Source of the DNA: Terriglobia bacterium
Lineage (GTDB): Bacteria > Acidobacteriota > Terriglobia > 20CM-2-55-15
Assembly: GCA_965218585.1 (NCBI GenBank)
Contig: CBDCLE010000026.1
Coordinates: forward strand, 288,001 to 352,000
DNA: 64,000 nucleotides
Direction of reading: 5' to 3'
Below, one piece after another: positions 19,873 to 29,393 of this stretch; position 1 is the stretch's first letter; the number at the start of each line of letters is the position of its first letter. The translations under genes and the position numbers were made by a program. The notes beneath the pieces were generated by a model, which made no database searches, was not told where the DNA came from, and saw only the letters and a list, made by a program, of their open reading frames with translations.

Positions 19873-19939
19873 CTGTAGGTGCTCTCTATGAGCCATCCCT
19901 TTCGGAACGAATTTGTGCGCCGATAGAGCGCACCTACAG
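19873..19939. repeat. GTAG-type REP doublet (REPIN)
   Basis: CTGTAGGTGCTCTCTATGAGC...GTGCGCCGATAGAGCGCACCTACAG. Confidence 0.8.
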
Positions 19940-19965
19940 GTTCGCAGCATTATTCGGGATGTGAC

Positions 19966-21333
19966 GAGGTCGTTCCAATCGGTGTGTAAAAAGAGAAGGC
20001 GGTGTACGCTTTCGGTGAATTCGAAACCGTAAGCAATCCCGGCAGCAATCGGGAGAAAGGTACACCACCCATGAAGAAGAAGAAGAACATACCGGCATCA
20101 GTGGCGTCAACGAACGCGTATGAAGGTTTGGAGGACTGGGCGCGATCCCGGGTCCAAGTCTGGCTACAGGAGCTGCTTGAGGACGAAGTCACTCAATTTC
20201 TGGGTCGGGAAAAGTCGGAGCGGAGTCCGAATCGACGAGGATACCGGAACGGTCACGGGAAGCCGCGACGCTTCGCAATGATGAACGGCACGATGGAGGT
20301 TCGACGACCTCGGGTTCGAAACACCGCCGAGCGGTTCGAGAGTCAGATCCTGCCGTATTTTCGACGGAAATCGAAACAGCTGGGCGAGCTACTTCCCGAT
20401 CTCTACCTCCACGGCCTGGCCACAGGGGACTTCGAGCAGGCCATGCGCGGACTGCTTGGCGCTGGCGCTCCGTTGTCGCGAGCATCGATCCAACGACTGA
20501 AATCGACCTGGCAGTTGGAGTATGACGAGTGGGTCCAGCAGGACCTGTCCGGCCTCGAGGTCGTGTACCAGTGGGCAGACGGCTTGTACGTGAAAGCGGG
20601 GATCGCGAAAGAGCGAGTGGCATTGCTGGTGATCATCGGAGCCTTGTCAGACGGGCGCAAAGTGCTGTTGGCCTGTGAGAGCGGGCAGCGGGAAAGCAAG
20701 GAGTCCTGGAGCCGCATTCTGCGCAATCTCCAGAGACGGGGCCTGAAGCTGGGACGGCTGACTGTCGCGGACGGTCACCTGGGCATCTGGTCCGCGCTGG
20801 CCGAGCAACAGCCCCAGGGCCAGGAACAACGCTGCTGGAACCACAAGTCGATCAACGTGGTCGATCATCTGCCGAAGACCGAGCAGCCCGCGGCCAGACA
20901 GCTGCTTCATGGGATGGCCTTCGCGAACTCCCGCGCGGCCTGCGAACGAAAGCGGGATCAGTTCGTCCGCCGATATGAGAAGAACTATCCCAAAGCGGGT
21001 GAGACGCTGTTGCGGGACTGGGACCGGATGATTACTTTCTATGAGTTCCCGAAACAACACTGGGTGCATCTGAGAACAACCAACATCGTCGAATCGCCCT
21101 TCGACATGGTTCGCCTCCGCACCAACGCCGCTCGCCGATTCAAGCGTGTCGAGAATGCAACGGCAATGATTTGGAAGCTACTACGTGTCGCTGAGAAGGC
21201 TTGGCGACACTTAAAAGGATCCGAACTCTTACAAGAGGTCTATGATGGTCAGCAATTCGCTGACGGCATCAGAGTCGTGATGAAATCGAAGGCCGCCGCC
21301 TGATGACTTTTACACACCTTTTGTAATGACCTC
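19966..21333 (+). mobile_element. IS256 family insertion sequence
   Basis: Imperfect inverted repeats GAGGTCGTTCCAATCGGTGTGTAAAA and TTTTACACACCTTTTGTAATGACCTC; 9-bp direct repeat GGATGTGAC at 19957-19965 and 21334-21342. Confidence 0.93.
20071..21303 (+). CDS. IS256 family transposase
   Basis: GYRNGH, LYLHGLATGDF, WADG, ADGHLG, QRCWNHK and LRTTNIVESPF motifs. Confidence 0.93.
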   Translation: MKKKKNIPASVASTNAYEGLEDWARSRVQVWLQELLEDEVTQFLGREKSERSPNRRGYRNGHGKPRRFAMMNGTMEVRRPRVRNTAERFESQILPYFRRKSKQLGELLPDLYLHGLATGDFEQAMRGLLGAGAPLSRASIQRLKSTWQLEYDEWVQQDLSGLEVVYQWADGLYVKAGIAKERVALLVIIGALSDGRKVLLACESGQRESKESWSRILRNLQRRGLKLGRLTVADGHLGIWSALAEQQPQGQEQRCWNHKSINVVDHLPKTEQPAARQLLHGMAFANSRAACERKRDQFVRRYEKNYPKAGETLLRDWDRMITFYEFPKQHWVHLRTTNIVESPFDMVRLRTNAARRFKRVENATAMIWKLLRVAEKAWRHLKGSELLQEVYDGQQFADGIRVVMKSKAAA

Positions 21334-22031
21334 GGATGTGACAGTTCGATCCAGTCAAACAGTGTGTCGGTAGGATAAGGAAAAACGTGGCCCGCACCGG
21401 GGATGACGTCGACTCTTGGTTCGGCGCCAGCCAGCACTAACAGGTCGCGCGTACGCTGGGTCAAACTGACCCACTGCGTATCCCGTTCGCCGACAGCCAA
21501 CAAGACAGGTTTTCCGGCCAGCTGTGCCAGATCTCCAGAGGATCCGTATCCTCCCGGCATAACGACGACCGACCCGAAACGGTTGGGATCGACCCGTGCC
21601 ACATGGAAGGCTCCGAGTCCCCCGTTAGACTGCCCGGCCAGCGTCACACGCGCCGTATCGTAGCTGAGGTTCGCATCTACCCATTCGAAGACCGCGTCCA
21701 CAACCGAGCGGGCCGAAGTTTCAAGACCGGGACCGAACACAGCAGGTGAAACGAGAATATATCCCCGTCGGTCTGCTTCATCGAGCCAGTAGTTTCCAAG
21801 AAACGCATTTACCATGTCTACGTTTCCGGGTCCCGGGGGCAAGGCGAAGACGAGCGGATACTCTGTTGCTTCGGTATAGCCGAGGGGCAAGACGACCGTC
21901 AGGGACAGGCTCTGACCGGCCCCATAGTTCAGCGTTACGTTCCGGCGCTCTCCTGCTTCCATATTCAAACCCCAAAGGCCGAGCAGAACAGTCAAGACAA
22001 GGCCTGCGATCCACGGCAACGGTTTAGACAT
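21249..22031 (-). CDS. alpha/beta-hydrolase (esterase-like); C-terminus extended by IS256 sequence
   Basis: GQSNGG nucleophile elbow, D (ERD), H (AGHVF); the native end ...SHPE* now lies beyond the IS at 19950-19965. Confidence 0.8.
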   Translation of the reverse strand: MSKPLPWIAGLVLTVLLGLWGLNMEAGERRNVTLNYGAGQSLSLTVVLPLGYTEATEYPLVFALPPGPGNVDMVNAFLGNYWLDEADRRGYILVSPAVFGPGLETSARSVVDAVFEWVDANLSYDTARVTLAGQSNGGLGAFHVARVDPNRFGSVVVMPGGYGSSGDLAQLAGKPVLLAVGERDTQWVSLTQRTRDLLVLAGAEPRVDVIPGAGHVFPYPTDTLFDWIELSHPRSLQKVCKSHQAAAFDFITTLMPSANC

Positions 22032-22509
22032 TCGAATCACCTTCCACCAGTTCGTAGGACGACGTTATCGGTATAGCCGGGTTAATACTGCGGTATACGG
22101 GACACTTGTTGGCAAACATTCCGTGGACCCGTTCGACAACCTCACGCGCGTCTTCCGATGCATAGAGACGCATGTTCACATGAATACGTTTGATAACCAG
22201 CGTGCCGCCGTCGGTCTCCACCTCACCTGTGACGTCTGCCGTGAGCCGGCCGGCGGAAGCATCAATCTTGCGCGCCTCCAGCGCGCCCCCGAAGGTTCCC
22301 ACCATTCAACCACCGGCAGCGGCTACGACGTAATCGAGCGTTGTCGCGTGGACTTCGCCGAGTTTTTCCGGATCTACGCCGTAGTGTTCGGCAATAGCGC
22401 CATGAACGCCGAACCATACCGGTTCGCTTTCTGCGGGAATCGTCGCCAGACGCAACGGACCCTTTTTCCGTTCGAGCTTAACGCGCGAAACGTATTTCAC
22501 TTCACCCAT
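22024..22509 (-). CDS. OsmC-like selenoprotein (Sec encoded by TGA at 22306-22308)
   Basis: Track ORFs 22306-22509 and 22024-22305 are in frame and separated by a single TGA at the catalytic Cys position (LDYVVAAAGG-U-MVGTF); second Cys in NKCPVY; downstream hairpin. Confidence 0.85.
22270..22286 (-). promoter_or_regulatory. putative bacterial SECIS hairpin
   Basis: GCGCGC-UGGAG-GCGCGC starting 19 nt after the UGA. Confidence 0.65.
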
Positions 22510-22558
22510 GGAATCCTCCCCCGCAATGGTAACCCTCGATCGGACATTTCAGGACTTA

Positions 22559-22581
22559 TGTGCGCTGATAGAGCGCACCTA
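22559..22581. repeat. single GTAG-type REP unit
   Basis: TGTGCGCTGATAGAGCGCACCTA overlapping the peptidase stop codon. Confidence 0.65.
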
Positions 22582-23568
22582 GAGTTCAGACAGGTCAAAC
22601 TCCGTCAGCACCTCGAACAGAAGCGTCGCGAACAACTCCAGCCGCTCGTTGATCCTGCCGGGGAATGTCGACTCGATATAAGCCAATGTGTCGAATGGTG
22701 TGTGCCAGATGTAACCCGCTTCTCCGAACCGGGGATCAACCTGAACATAACCGTCCCGTTCCCCTAATGCCCAATTGGTCGATTCAAAATACGCGTACTG
22801 TATGCCGACGTCTTCAAACGGCGCATGGTCGGAGAAGTCACCGGTCGTCCCGGCGGGAAATCTCGGATTTTCGCCAGATTGTGTTCGGACGTCGAGATTC
22901 TGTTCTTGCGCTCTCGCCAGAATCCATTCGCGGACCACACCTTCATCTCCGGCGTCCCCATAGACATAGGCGATGTCCCCGGCGACCAGACTGTCCAGGT
23001 TGATCATCGCCACAACCTGTTCCCGCTCTTCGGTCGTCAGCTGGTCCACGTAGTGGCGCGACCCTGCAAGACCCGCTTCTTCAGCGCCGAAAGCGATGAA
23101 CCGTATCGTGTAGTCTGTCTCTACGTCCCAGACGGCAGCAGCAATCTCGAGCATCACGCCGACGCCGGACGCGTTGTCACCGGCGCCCCGGCCGCGAACC
23201 TCCGAGTCGTAATGGGCACCGACAACGATCTCCCGGGCAGAAACGCCTCCCTTCACTGCAACGACGTTCGCCGATTCCTCGATCGAGGGACGGCCCCGTG
23301 GCCCGACGTTAAAAGTGAAGGGTTGAATCAGGGTCGGATAGCCCGTTTCGCGGAAGACACCTTCAATGTAAGTCGCTGCCCGAGCCTCTTCGCGGCTGCC
23401 GGCCACACGCGCGCCGATACCTTCGGACAGCATGTCGATGTGTTGACGCGCCACAACCCCGAAACCGGTCTCGGTGACCTGGCCCGATCCGATCAATGGG
23501 CTGTTCAGGGAAAATGTGAGAGCCGCTACAAGAAAACAGGACAGCGCGGAAGCTTCAGGAGATCGCAT
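22579..23568 (-). CDS. M28 family aminopeptidase (Iap-like)
   Basis: GAHYDS, GAGDNASG, FGAEEAGL, NLD, SDHAPF and WHTPFD motifs. Confidence 0.9.
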   Translation of the reverse strand: MRSPEASALSCFLVAALTFSLNSPLIGSGQVTETGFGVVARQHIDMLSEGIGARVAGSREEARAATYIEGVFRETGYPTLIQPFTFNVGPRGRPSIEESANVVAVKGGVSAREIVVGAHYDSEVRGRGAGDNASGVGVMLEIAAAVWDVETDYTIRFIAFGAEEAGLAGSRHYVDQLTTEEREQVVAMINLDSLVAGDIAYVYGDAGDEGVVREWILARAQEQNLDVRTQSGENPRFPAGTTGDFSDHAPFEDVGIQYAYFESTNWALGERDGYVQVDPRFGEAGYIWHTPFDTLAYIESTFPGRINERLELFATLLFEVLTEFDLSEL

Positions 23569-24568
23569 GTTCGATCCGAGGATAAACCTTTCGCGCGTTC
23601 TCTTCGAAAATCTTCTGCTTCTCTTCATCGCTCAACCAGGAAGCCTGATCTATGTAACGCTTCGTATCGTCGTAGTAATGTCCCGTTTCCGGGTCGATCC
23701 CCCGGACGGCGCCCACCATTTCGGAACCGAAGATTATGTTGTCGACAGGTACGACCTTAGTCAGCAACTCGATGCCTGGCATGTGATAGACACAGGTGTC
23801 GAAGAAGATATTGTCGCGTATGAGATCAGTTAGCAACGGAAAGTTCTTGTCCTGAGCGATACCCCGATAGCGGCCCCAATGGTAGGGCACGGCACCCCCC
23901 CCGTGCGGGATCACAAACCTCAACGTCGGGAAATCCTTGAAGAGGTCTGACGTCAGGAACTGCATGAAGGCCGTCGTATCGGCGGCCAGATAATGCGCGC
24001 CGGTCGTATGGAAGGCCGGGTTGCATGAGGCGCTGACGTGGACCATCGCCGGCACATCCAGCTCGACCATCTTCTCGTAAAACGGATACCAGTACTTGTC
24101 ACCGAGCGGGGGTGCGGTCCAGCTTCCACCGGACGGGTCGGGGTTCAGGTTGCAACCAATCATGCCCAGCTGGTTGACACACCGTTCGAGCTCAGCAATG
24201 CAGTTATCCGGCGGCACTCCGGGAGACTGCGGCAACTGACAGACCCCAACGAAGTTTTTCGGGTACAACATGCAGAGCCGATAGATCAGATCATTACAGT
24301 GCTCACTCCAGTACCTGCTGACGTCGGCATCTCCCAGATGATGGGCCATCCAGGACGCGCGTGGCGAAAAGATCGTCATATCTGTTCCGCGCTCGCGCTG
24401 CAGCTTCAACTGCGCACCTTCGACGCTCTCACTGAGGCGGTCGTCGGTAATGTCTAGTGTGCCTTTTGAAGCAGGTTGGGCTGCTTCGAACGCCGCGATC
24501 TGCCCCTGGCGGTATTCTCCGAGTTCCTCGGGCGCCGTTGTGTAGTGTCCGTGGCAGTCGATGATCAT
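23555..24568 (-). CDS. ligJ: 4-oxalomesaconate hydratase (amidohydrolase superfamily)
   Basis: MIIDCHGHYTTAP, FSPRAS, NLNPDPSGG, HGGGAVPYHWGRYRG and FGSEMVGAVRGIDP motifs. Confidence 0.88.
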   Translation of the reverse strand: MIIDCHGHYTTAPEELGEYRQGQIAAFEAAQPASKGTLDITDDRLSESVEGAQLKLQRERGTDMTIFSPRASWMAHHLGDADVSRYWSEHCNDLIYRLCMLYPKNFVGVCQLPQSPGVPPDNCIAELERCVNQLGMIGCNLNPDPSGGSWTAPPLGDKYWYPFYEKMVELDVPAMVHVSASCNPAFHTTGAHYLAADTTAFMQFLTSDLFKDFPTLRFVIPHGGGAVPYHWGRYRGIAQDKNFPLLTDLIRDNIFFDTCVYHMPGIELLTKVVPVDNIIFGSEMVGAVRGIDPETGHYYDDTKRYIDQASWLSDEEKQKIFEENARKVYPRIEHAIS

Positions 24569-24576
24569 GGTTCCCT

Positions 24577-26871
24577 TCAAAACCGGTGCGTGTAGACCAA
24601 TTTTGTGGCCGCAGTCCGGTCGAGTGTAATCCGCCCGTCTCGGGCCGGGTCGTCGAGCCAATTCTGGGCGTAAACGAAATGGAGATCGTTGCCCGGACGC
24701 AAGATCCATCGAAATCGCATCTGCCAGCCCAGAACCCGACTGACCGAATCATACTGGATATTGTTGACGGCGAATATCCAGGGAGTGAATTGCGTGTTGA
24801 CGTTCAGACGGTGAACGCGTGTTGAAAAATCGCCTTCGGGAAGCTCGATACGGTTCCACTCGTTGTCTAGATTGATGAGGACGCCGGCTCGCGGACGAAT
24901 TCCTATATCCAGTGAAAAATCCCTACGGTCTCCGGTGAAGAAAGTCCCGTCTTCGTAGCGGGCCGACAGCGACAAGATACGCCGGCTCGCAGTACTGGCG
25001 TCTATCCGATACCGCGTGAAGTTGTACTCCACACCTCCTGGGAGAACCACACCATCAGAAATCTCAAAGTCCCGTAAGAGTCGCTCGTAACTCGGATTCA
25101 GAAGGAACAAGAGGCTGTCGCCGCTCTGAAAGACCACCTCGAAAGGGTAGATATTCATATTGCGGGTCAGTAGCTGGTTCGCCGTGTCGGTAATGATTTC
25201 GGGATCAAACCGGAAACCGAAGCGGCGTACTAGACGGGATTCACTCGGTCGTGGAAGCCAAACGATGTCGGGGTTGTAACGTCGGATACCCCTCCGGTTG
25301 ATGAATCCAACAGCCGGGTCGTAGTGTTCCTGGATCTCCCGCGCCGCCATGCGGATATCCCACACGTCGTTAGGATATTCAACCCGTAATCCCCACGCGG
25401 CACGGTCTTCCAACCCGGCGCCGGTGGTCCAGACATAGAAGCCGCTGAAGTTCAGGTTGTCGGAACCTCTAAATCGCGCAGTCCTCAACTGAAAATCGAC
25501 ACCAGCCGTGTGCTCTACTTGCCGACGCGTTCCACGGGGGGCACGCCGTGTGTAGATACCACCCACGTAGGACTGCAGCAGAAAACGCCTCTTTGTTCTC
25601 AGGACGGTGAAATCCTCTCCAACCTGCGCAGTGTTCGCCCCGGTTCGGACCTGGAGCACTCCCAGATCGAACGCCCCAGCCTGACCGGTCAACTTTGCTC
25701 CAAAATCTATCCGTTGCGGTCGTCCGTCCGTCAGGCCGATCCGGCGGCTGAAAAAGGGCCGGACGCCGCCGCCCTGCTCCCGGGAGAAATCGAAAAACGT
25801 CGAGCCATCCAGGAAGAAATCACGTCGTTCAGCGAAGAACAGTGGAAAACGCGTCAGGTTCACTCTGCGATTGTCGACTTCAGTCTCTGCGAAATCCGTG
25901 TTGACAGTGAAGTTGGCTTTGAGCTGCGGAGTCACGCTATAGATGAAATCAACTCCAACATCTCCCTGATACAGGGAATCGACGGCTCGAAGCGTCGAGT
26001 CCGTGTACGTACCTGTCGTGTACGGCTGCACGTCCAAACCCAAACCCTGACTGACATCTGAAATGCCGGTCAGCAATCCGGCATTCGACATCCGTTCAAG
26101 GCCCTGGTTCCTCGCAAAACCTGTCCACAAACTCTCTTCGTTCCGCCGCTGGAGCGTACGCTGAAAATTGATCCCCCATGCCGGCACATTGGGATCGAAG
26201 TTCACTGTCCGAAACGGAATTTCAATCTCGATCGTCCATCCGATGTCACTTTTTTGGACACTGCCGTACCAGATACCGTCCCAAGCAAGTTCGCCACCAC
26301 TCCCTTCCCTATTGAAGTCGGTCACGCCACCACTGTTCATCAGGGTGTCTCTCATGGCACCGCTGGGATTCATCTCGAAAAGGTATCCGGAACGCCCGTC
26401 GAGATACGTATCGATCGTCCACCGGAACCGGTCGTCGGCCGAAAGCGACGCGTCGCGTTGCATTGTGTTCGCTATGATCGCATCCGGTTCGGAGTCATAA
26501 CAGATCACTCCGATGTATAGAGCGTCTTCAGTGAAGAGGATTCGTACTTCCGTCGGTTGGGTCGCGGGTTCGCCGAGATCCGGATCCTGTTGGATGAAGT
26601 CGGAAGCTGGAACGGCACGTTCCCAGGCGGCTTCATTCAGAAGACCATCAACATTCACGTTTTCGCCCGGACTTAGCCGGACCGCTGCGACGCGAGGCTG
26701 TCCTTCATAAAGCGAGAGGTCGTACCCTTCCAAATCCGGACGGTCTTGCTGGGCTATACCGGGAATGACGGCAAAGATCCCCAAGACGCACGACAGAGGG
26801 AGGGTTCGAAAACCACGGGGCTTCAACGAGGCCCGGTGCCGTTTCGAGCCCATCCCATCAGAATCTGTCAT
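24577..26871 (-). CDS. DUF5916/CBM9-like-domain outer-membrane protein
   Basis: DG.L.EAAW, IEIPFRT, WGINFQR, NTDFAETEVD...NLTRFPLFF.E.RDFFL; C-terminal YTHRF. Confidence 0.85.
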   Translation of the reverse strand: MTDSDGMGSKRHRASLKPRGFRTLPLSCVLGIFAVIPGIAQQDRPDLEGYDLSLYEGQPRVAAVRLSPGENVNVDGLLNEAAWERAVPASDFIQQDPDLGEPATQPTEVRILFTEDALYIGVICYDSEPDAIIANTMQRDASLSADDRFRWTIDTYLDGRSGYLFEMNPSGAMRDTLMNSGGVTDFNREGSGGELAWDGIWYGSVQKSDIGWTIEIEIPFRTVNFDPNVPAWGINFQRTLQRRNEESLWTGFARNQGLERMSNAGLLTGISDVSQGLGLDVQPYTTGTYTDSTLRAVDSLYQGDVGVDFIYSVTPQLKANFTVNTDFAETEVDNRRVNLTRFPLFFAERRDFFLDGSTFFDFSREQGGGVRPFFSRRIGLTDGRPQRIDFGAKLTGQAGAFDLGVLQVRTGANTAQVGEDFTVLRTKRRFLLQSYVGGIYTRRAPRGTRRQVEHTAGVDFQLRTARFRGSDNLNFSGFYVWTTGAGLEDRAAWGLRVEYPNDVWDIRMAAREIQEHYDPAVGFINRRGIRRYNPDIVWLPRPSESRLVRRFGFRFDPEIITDTANQLLTRNMNIYPFEVVFQSGDSLLFLLNPSYERLLRDFEISDGVVLPGGVEYNFTRYRIDASTASRRILSLSARYEDGTFFTGDRRDFSLDIGIRPRAGVLINLDNEWNRIELPEGDFSTRVHRLNVNTQFTPWIFAVNNIQYDSVSRVLGWQMRFRWILRPGNDLHFVYAQNWLDDPARDGRITLDRTAATKLVYTHRF

Positions 26872-27032
26872 TTTGAAAACGTTCGCTTAATGCTTAATGA
26901 ATGTAGGTCAAGCCTGGAAAACCGATGCCACTGTGGCCGGCGCGGCATGTAGACTCAAACCTTAAAATCCTACCATGAGATCAATCCCGCTCATTCCAAA
27001 ACCAAGGCGAAGAGCTTGATGGCGCTGGTGCG

Positions 27033-28448
27033 CTAGAGTGTGGGGTGGCTCTGGCTCCACGGTGTCGCACGTTCGTAGACCGCCCCGATCTGCAGTATTC
27101 GGGCTTCTGTCCAGGCGCGGCCGGCAATCTGGAGACCAATGGGCAGTCCCTCCGAGCTAAATCCGCAGGGCACAGAAACTGCAGGCGAACCTGTGAGGGA
27201 AAAAGGGGCGGTCAAACCGGCCAACAGCTCGAACTCATTGATGGACTTGCCATCGACGGTCGCGAACGGCTCGCCGATCGGGAAGGCAACAGCGCGGTTG
27301 GTCGGGGTGACCAGCGCGTCTAGATCGCTCATGATCCCATCGAGCTCCTGCCGCATGGCTGTCCGCAGCCGCTGCGCCCGGATGTAGTCGGTCGCAAGCA
27401 TCATTTCTCCGGGTTCAACTTTCCCCCGGACGTCCCCGTAGTCGTCGGCCCGCTTGCGGAGAAAGTCTGATTGAAAAGAAGCCGCTTCTGGCCTGCTCAG
27501 AAACGGGAAAATAGTTGTGGCTTGCGAGGCGCTCGGGAATCGAACCTCTCGAACAGTGGCGCCAAGGTCTCGAAACACGTCGATGGCCGCTTCGACGGCG
27601 GCCCGCACTTCCGGATCCAGGGGCTCGAACAAATACCCACGAGGCAACCCTATCCGAACTCCCCTCAAGTCGGTCTTCAATTCACGAGTGAAGTCGGGGA
27701 CTTCGACGTTTGTCGAACCCGAGTCCTTCGGGTCGTAGCCTGAAATCGAATTCAGGACGAGAGCGGTATCTTCTACCTCGCGCGTGATGGGACCTGCATG
27801 GTCGAGGCTCCAGGACAAGGGAACGGTTCCATACACGCTGACCCGCCCGAAGGTTGGCTTCAGACCCACCAGGCCACACAGGGATGCCGGATAACGGATC
27901 GATGCGATGGTGTCTGTTCCCAACGCTGCGTAACAGAAACCCGCTGAGACGGCTGCGGCTGACCCACCGCTCGACCCGCCCGGAATGCGGTCCAGTTTCC
28001 ATGGATTGTGCGTCGCGCCGTAGTGAGGATTCGTCGTCGTCCCCCCGAGCGCGAGCTCATGCATGTTGAGCTTGCCTGTGATGACGGCACCGGCAGCGCG
28101 AAGCCGCGAGACTGCGGTGCCGTCTTCGGCCGGAACAAAATCGGCCAGAAGCCTGGACCCGGCTGTCGTTGGGATCCCCTCGGTCCAGTAATTGTCTTTG
28201 AGCCCGATCGGAACTCCGTGCAGGGGGCCGCGGTACTTACCGGCAGAGATCTCGCTCTCTGCGCGGCGGGCGTCGTCCATCGCCCTGTCGAAGGTGGTAG
28301 TGATGTAGGCGTTTACCCGCGGCTCAACGGCATTGGTCCGCTCGATCGCGGCATTCAACACTTCGACAGGAGATAGTTCCCGCCGTGCGATACGTTCGGA
28401 TACCTGCTTGAGAGAGAGGTAGAAGACGTTCCCACCGCCGGGACTCAT
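27033..28448 (-). CDS. amidase signature family protein (GatA/AtzE-like)
   Basis: GLKD, GGSSGGSAAAV and GTDTIASIRYPA motifs. Confidence 0.9.
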   Translation of the reverse strand: MSPGGGNVFYLSLKQVSERIARRELSPVEVLNAAIERTNAVEPRVNAYITTTFDRAMDDARRAESEISAGKYRGPLHGVPIGLKDNYWTEGIPTTAGSRLLADFVPAEDGTAVSRLRAAGAVITGKLNMHELALGGTTTNPHYGATHNPWKLDRIPGGSSGGSAAAVSAGFCYAALGTDTIASIRYPASLCGLVGLKPTFGRVSVYGTVPLSWSLDHAGPITREVEDTALVLNSISGYDPKDSGSTNVEVPDFTRELKTDLRGVRIGLPRGYLFEPLDPEVRAAVEAAIDVFRDLGATVREVRFPSASQATTIFPFLSRPEAASFQSDFLRKRADDYGDVRGKVEPGEMMLATDYIRAQRLRTAMRQELDGIMSDLDALVTPTNRAVAFPIGEPFATVDGKSINEFELLAGLTAPFSLTGSPAVSVPCGFSSEGLPIGLQIAGRAWTEARILQIGAVYERATPWSQSHPTL

Positions 28449-28666
28449 TCCTGTTCGTCGCCGGCCTGCGGCACCGGAACCCGGAAGTTCAGATCCGGAG
28501 CCAGGTTTTCGTACCCATCAGGGCGCATCCCTCTTAACTTGGTCAGCGCGGGATCCAGATACCTGGCCAGGTCCCCGGCCCTGTCCGATTCGAGCGGCAA
28601 GCCAGCATATCGGGCTAATTCGGCTATAAGTTCAGGCGTCACTTTTTCGGTCATTTTGCTTTCCAA
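28445..28666 (-). CDS. small GatC/AtzG-like partner of the amidase
   Basis: 73 aa, LARYAGLPL motif, ATGA overlap with the amidase. Confidence 0.6.
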   Translation of the reverse strand: MESKMTEKVTPELIAELARYAGLPLESDRAGDLARYLDPALTKLRGMRPDGYENLAPDLNFRVPVPQAGDEQE

Positions 28667-28787
28667 CCCCTCACATCCTACACTGGCTCCACATGAGCCG
28701 CCAGGCTGATGCTGGCCTCATGGCTAAGGGCTGCGACTACTGCCTACCGGATCAATCCGAAGTCAGAAGCCCGATTGGAACGATCGA

Positions 28788-29363
28788 ATGAAACTCATCG
28801 TCGGCATTACAGGCGCAACCGGAACAATCCTTGGAGTCCGCCTGTTGGAAACACTTCGGCAATCCAAAATCGAAAGCCACCTCGTCATGAGCAAGTGGGG
28901 CGCGCGCACGCTTGCCCACGAGACCTCACATACGATCGATGAAGTCAAAGCACTCGCCACCCATACCTATCCCGAGAACGCTCAGGGCGCGCCCATTTCG
29001 AGCGGTTCGTTCGTCACCGATGGAATGATCGTCGCACCGTGCAGCGTCCGGTCCCTGGCGGCCATCGCCCATGGCCACGGAGACAATCTCATTCATCGCG
29101 CAGCCGACGTTGTGCTCAAGGAAAAACGGAAACTCGTTCTGATGGTCCGGGAATCACCGCTCGGTGAAATCCATCTCGAAAACATGTTGAAGCTCTCGCG
29201 GATGGGGGTTGTCATAGTTCCCCCGGTGCCCTCCTTCTACAACCGTCCCGAAAACCTGGACTCTGTCGTCGACCATATCGTTATGCGCGCCCTGGACCAG
29301 TTCGGCATTCACACAGAACTGTCAAAGCGATGGGACGGTAAACTCGGCGGAACTCGGCGGTAG
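28788..29363 (+). CDS. ubiX: flavin prenyltransferase
   Basis: VGITGATG, ISSGSF, APCS, RAADV.LKE.RKL.L..RESP and P.FYNRP motifs. Confidence 0.92.
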   Translation: MKLIVGITGATGTILGVRLLETLRQSKIESHLVMSKWGARTLAHETSHTIDEVKALATHTYPENAQGAPISSGSFVTDGMIVAPCSVRSLAAIAHGHGDNLIHRAADVVLKEKRKLVLMVRESPLGEIHLENMLKLSRMGVVIVPPVPSFYNRPENLDSVVDHIVMRALDQFGIHTELSKRWDGKLGGTRR

Positions 29364-29393
29364 GAGCTTGAGGCTGAACCAGGCAGGGATACG

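Noticed and set aside
10750-21333. Composite transposon carrying the radical SAM operon
   Set aside because: The flanking IS elements belong to different families and each has its own target duplication, indicating independent insertions.
27033-28666. gatCA of the tRNA amidotransferase
   Set aside because: No gatB, GatA-specific motifs are not evident, and the signature is variant; treated as a generic amidase.
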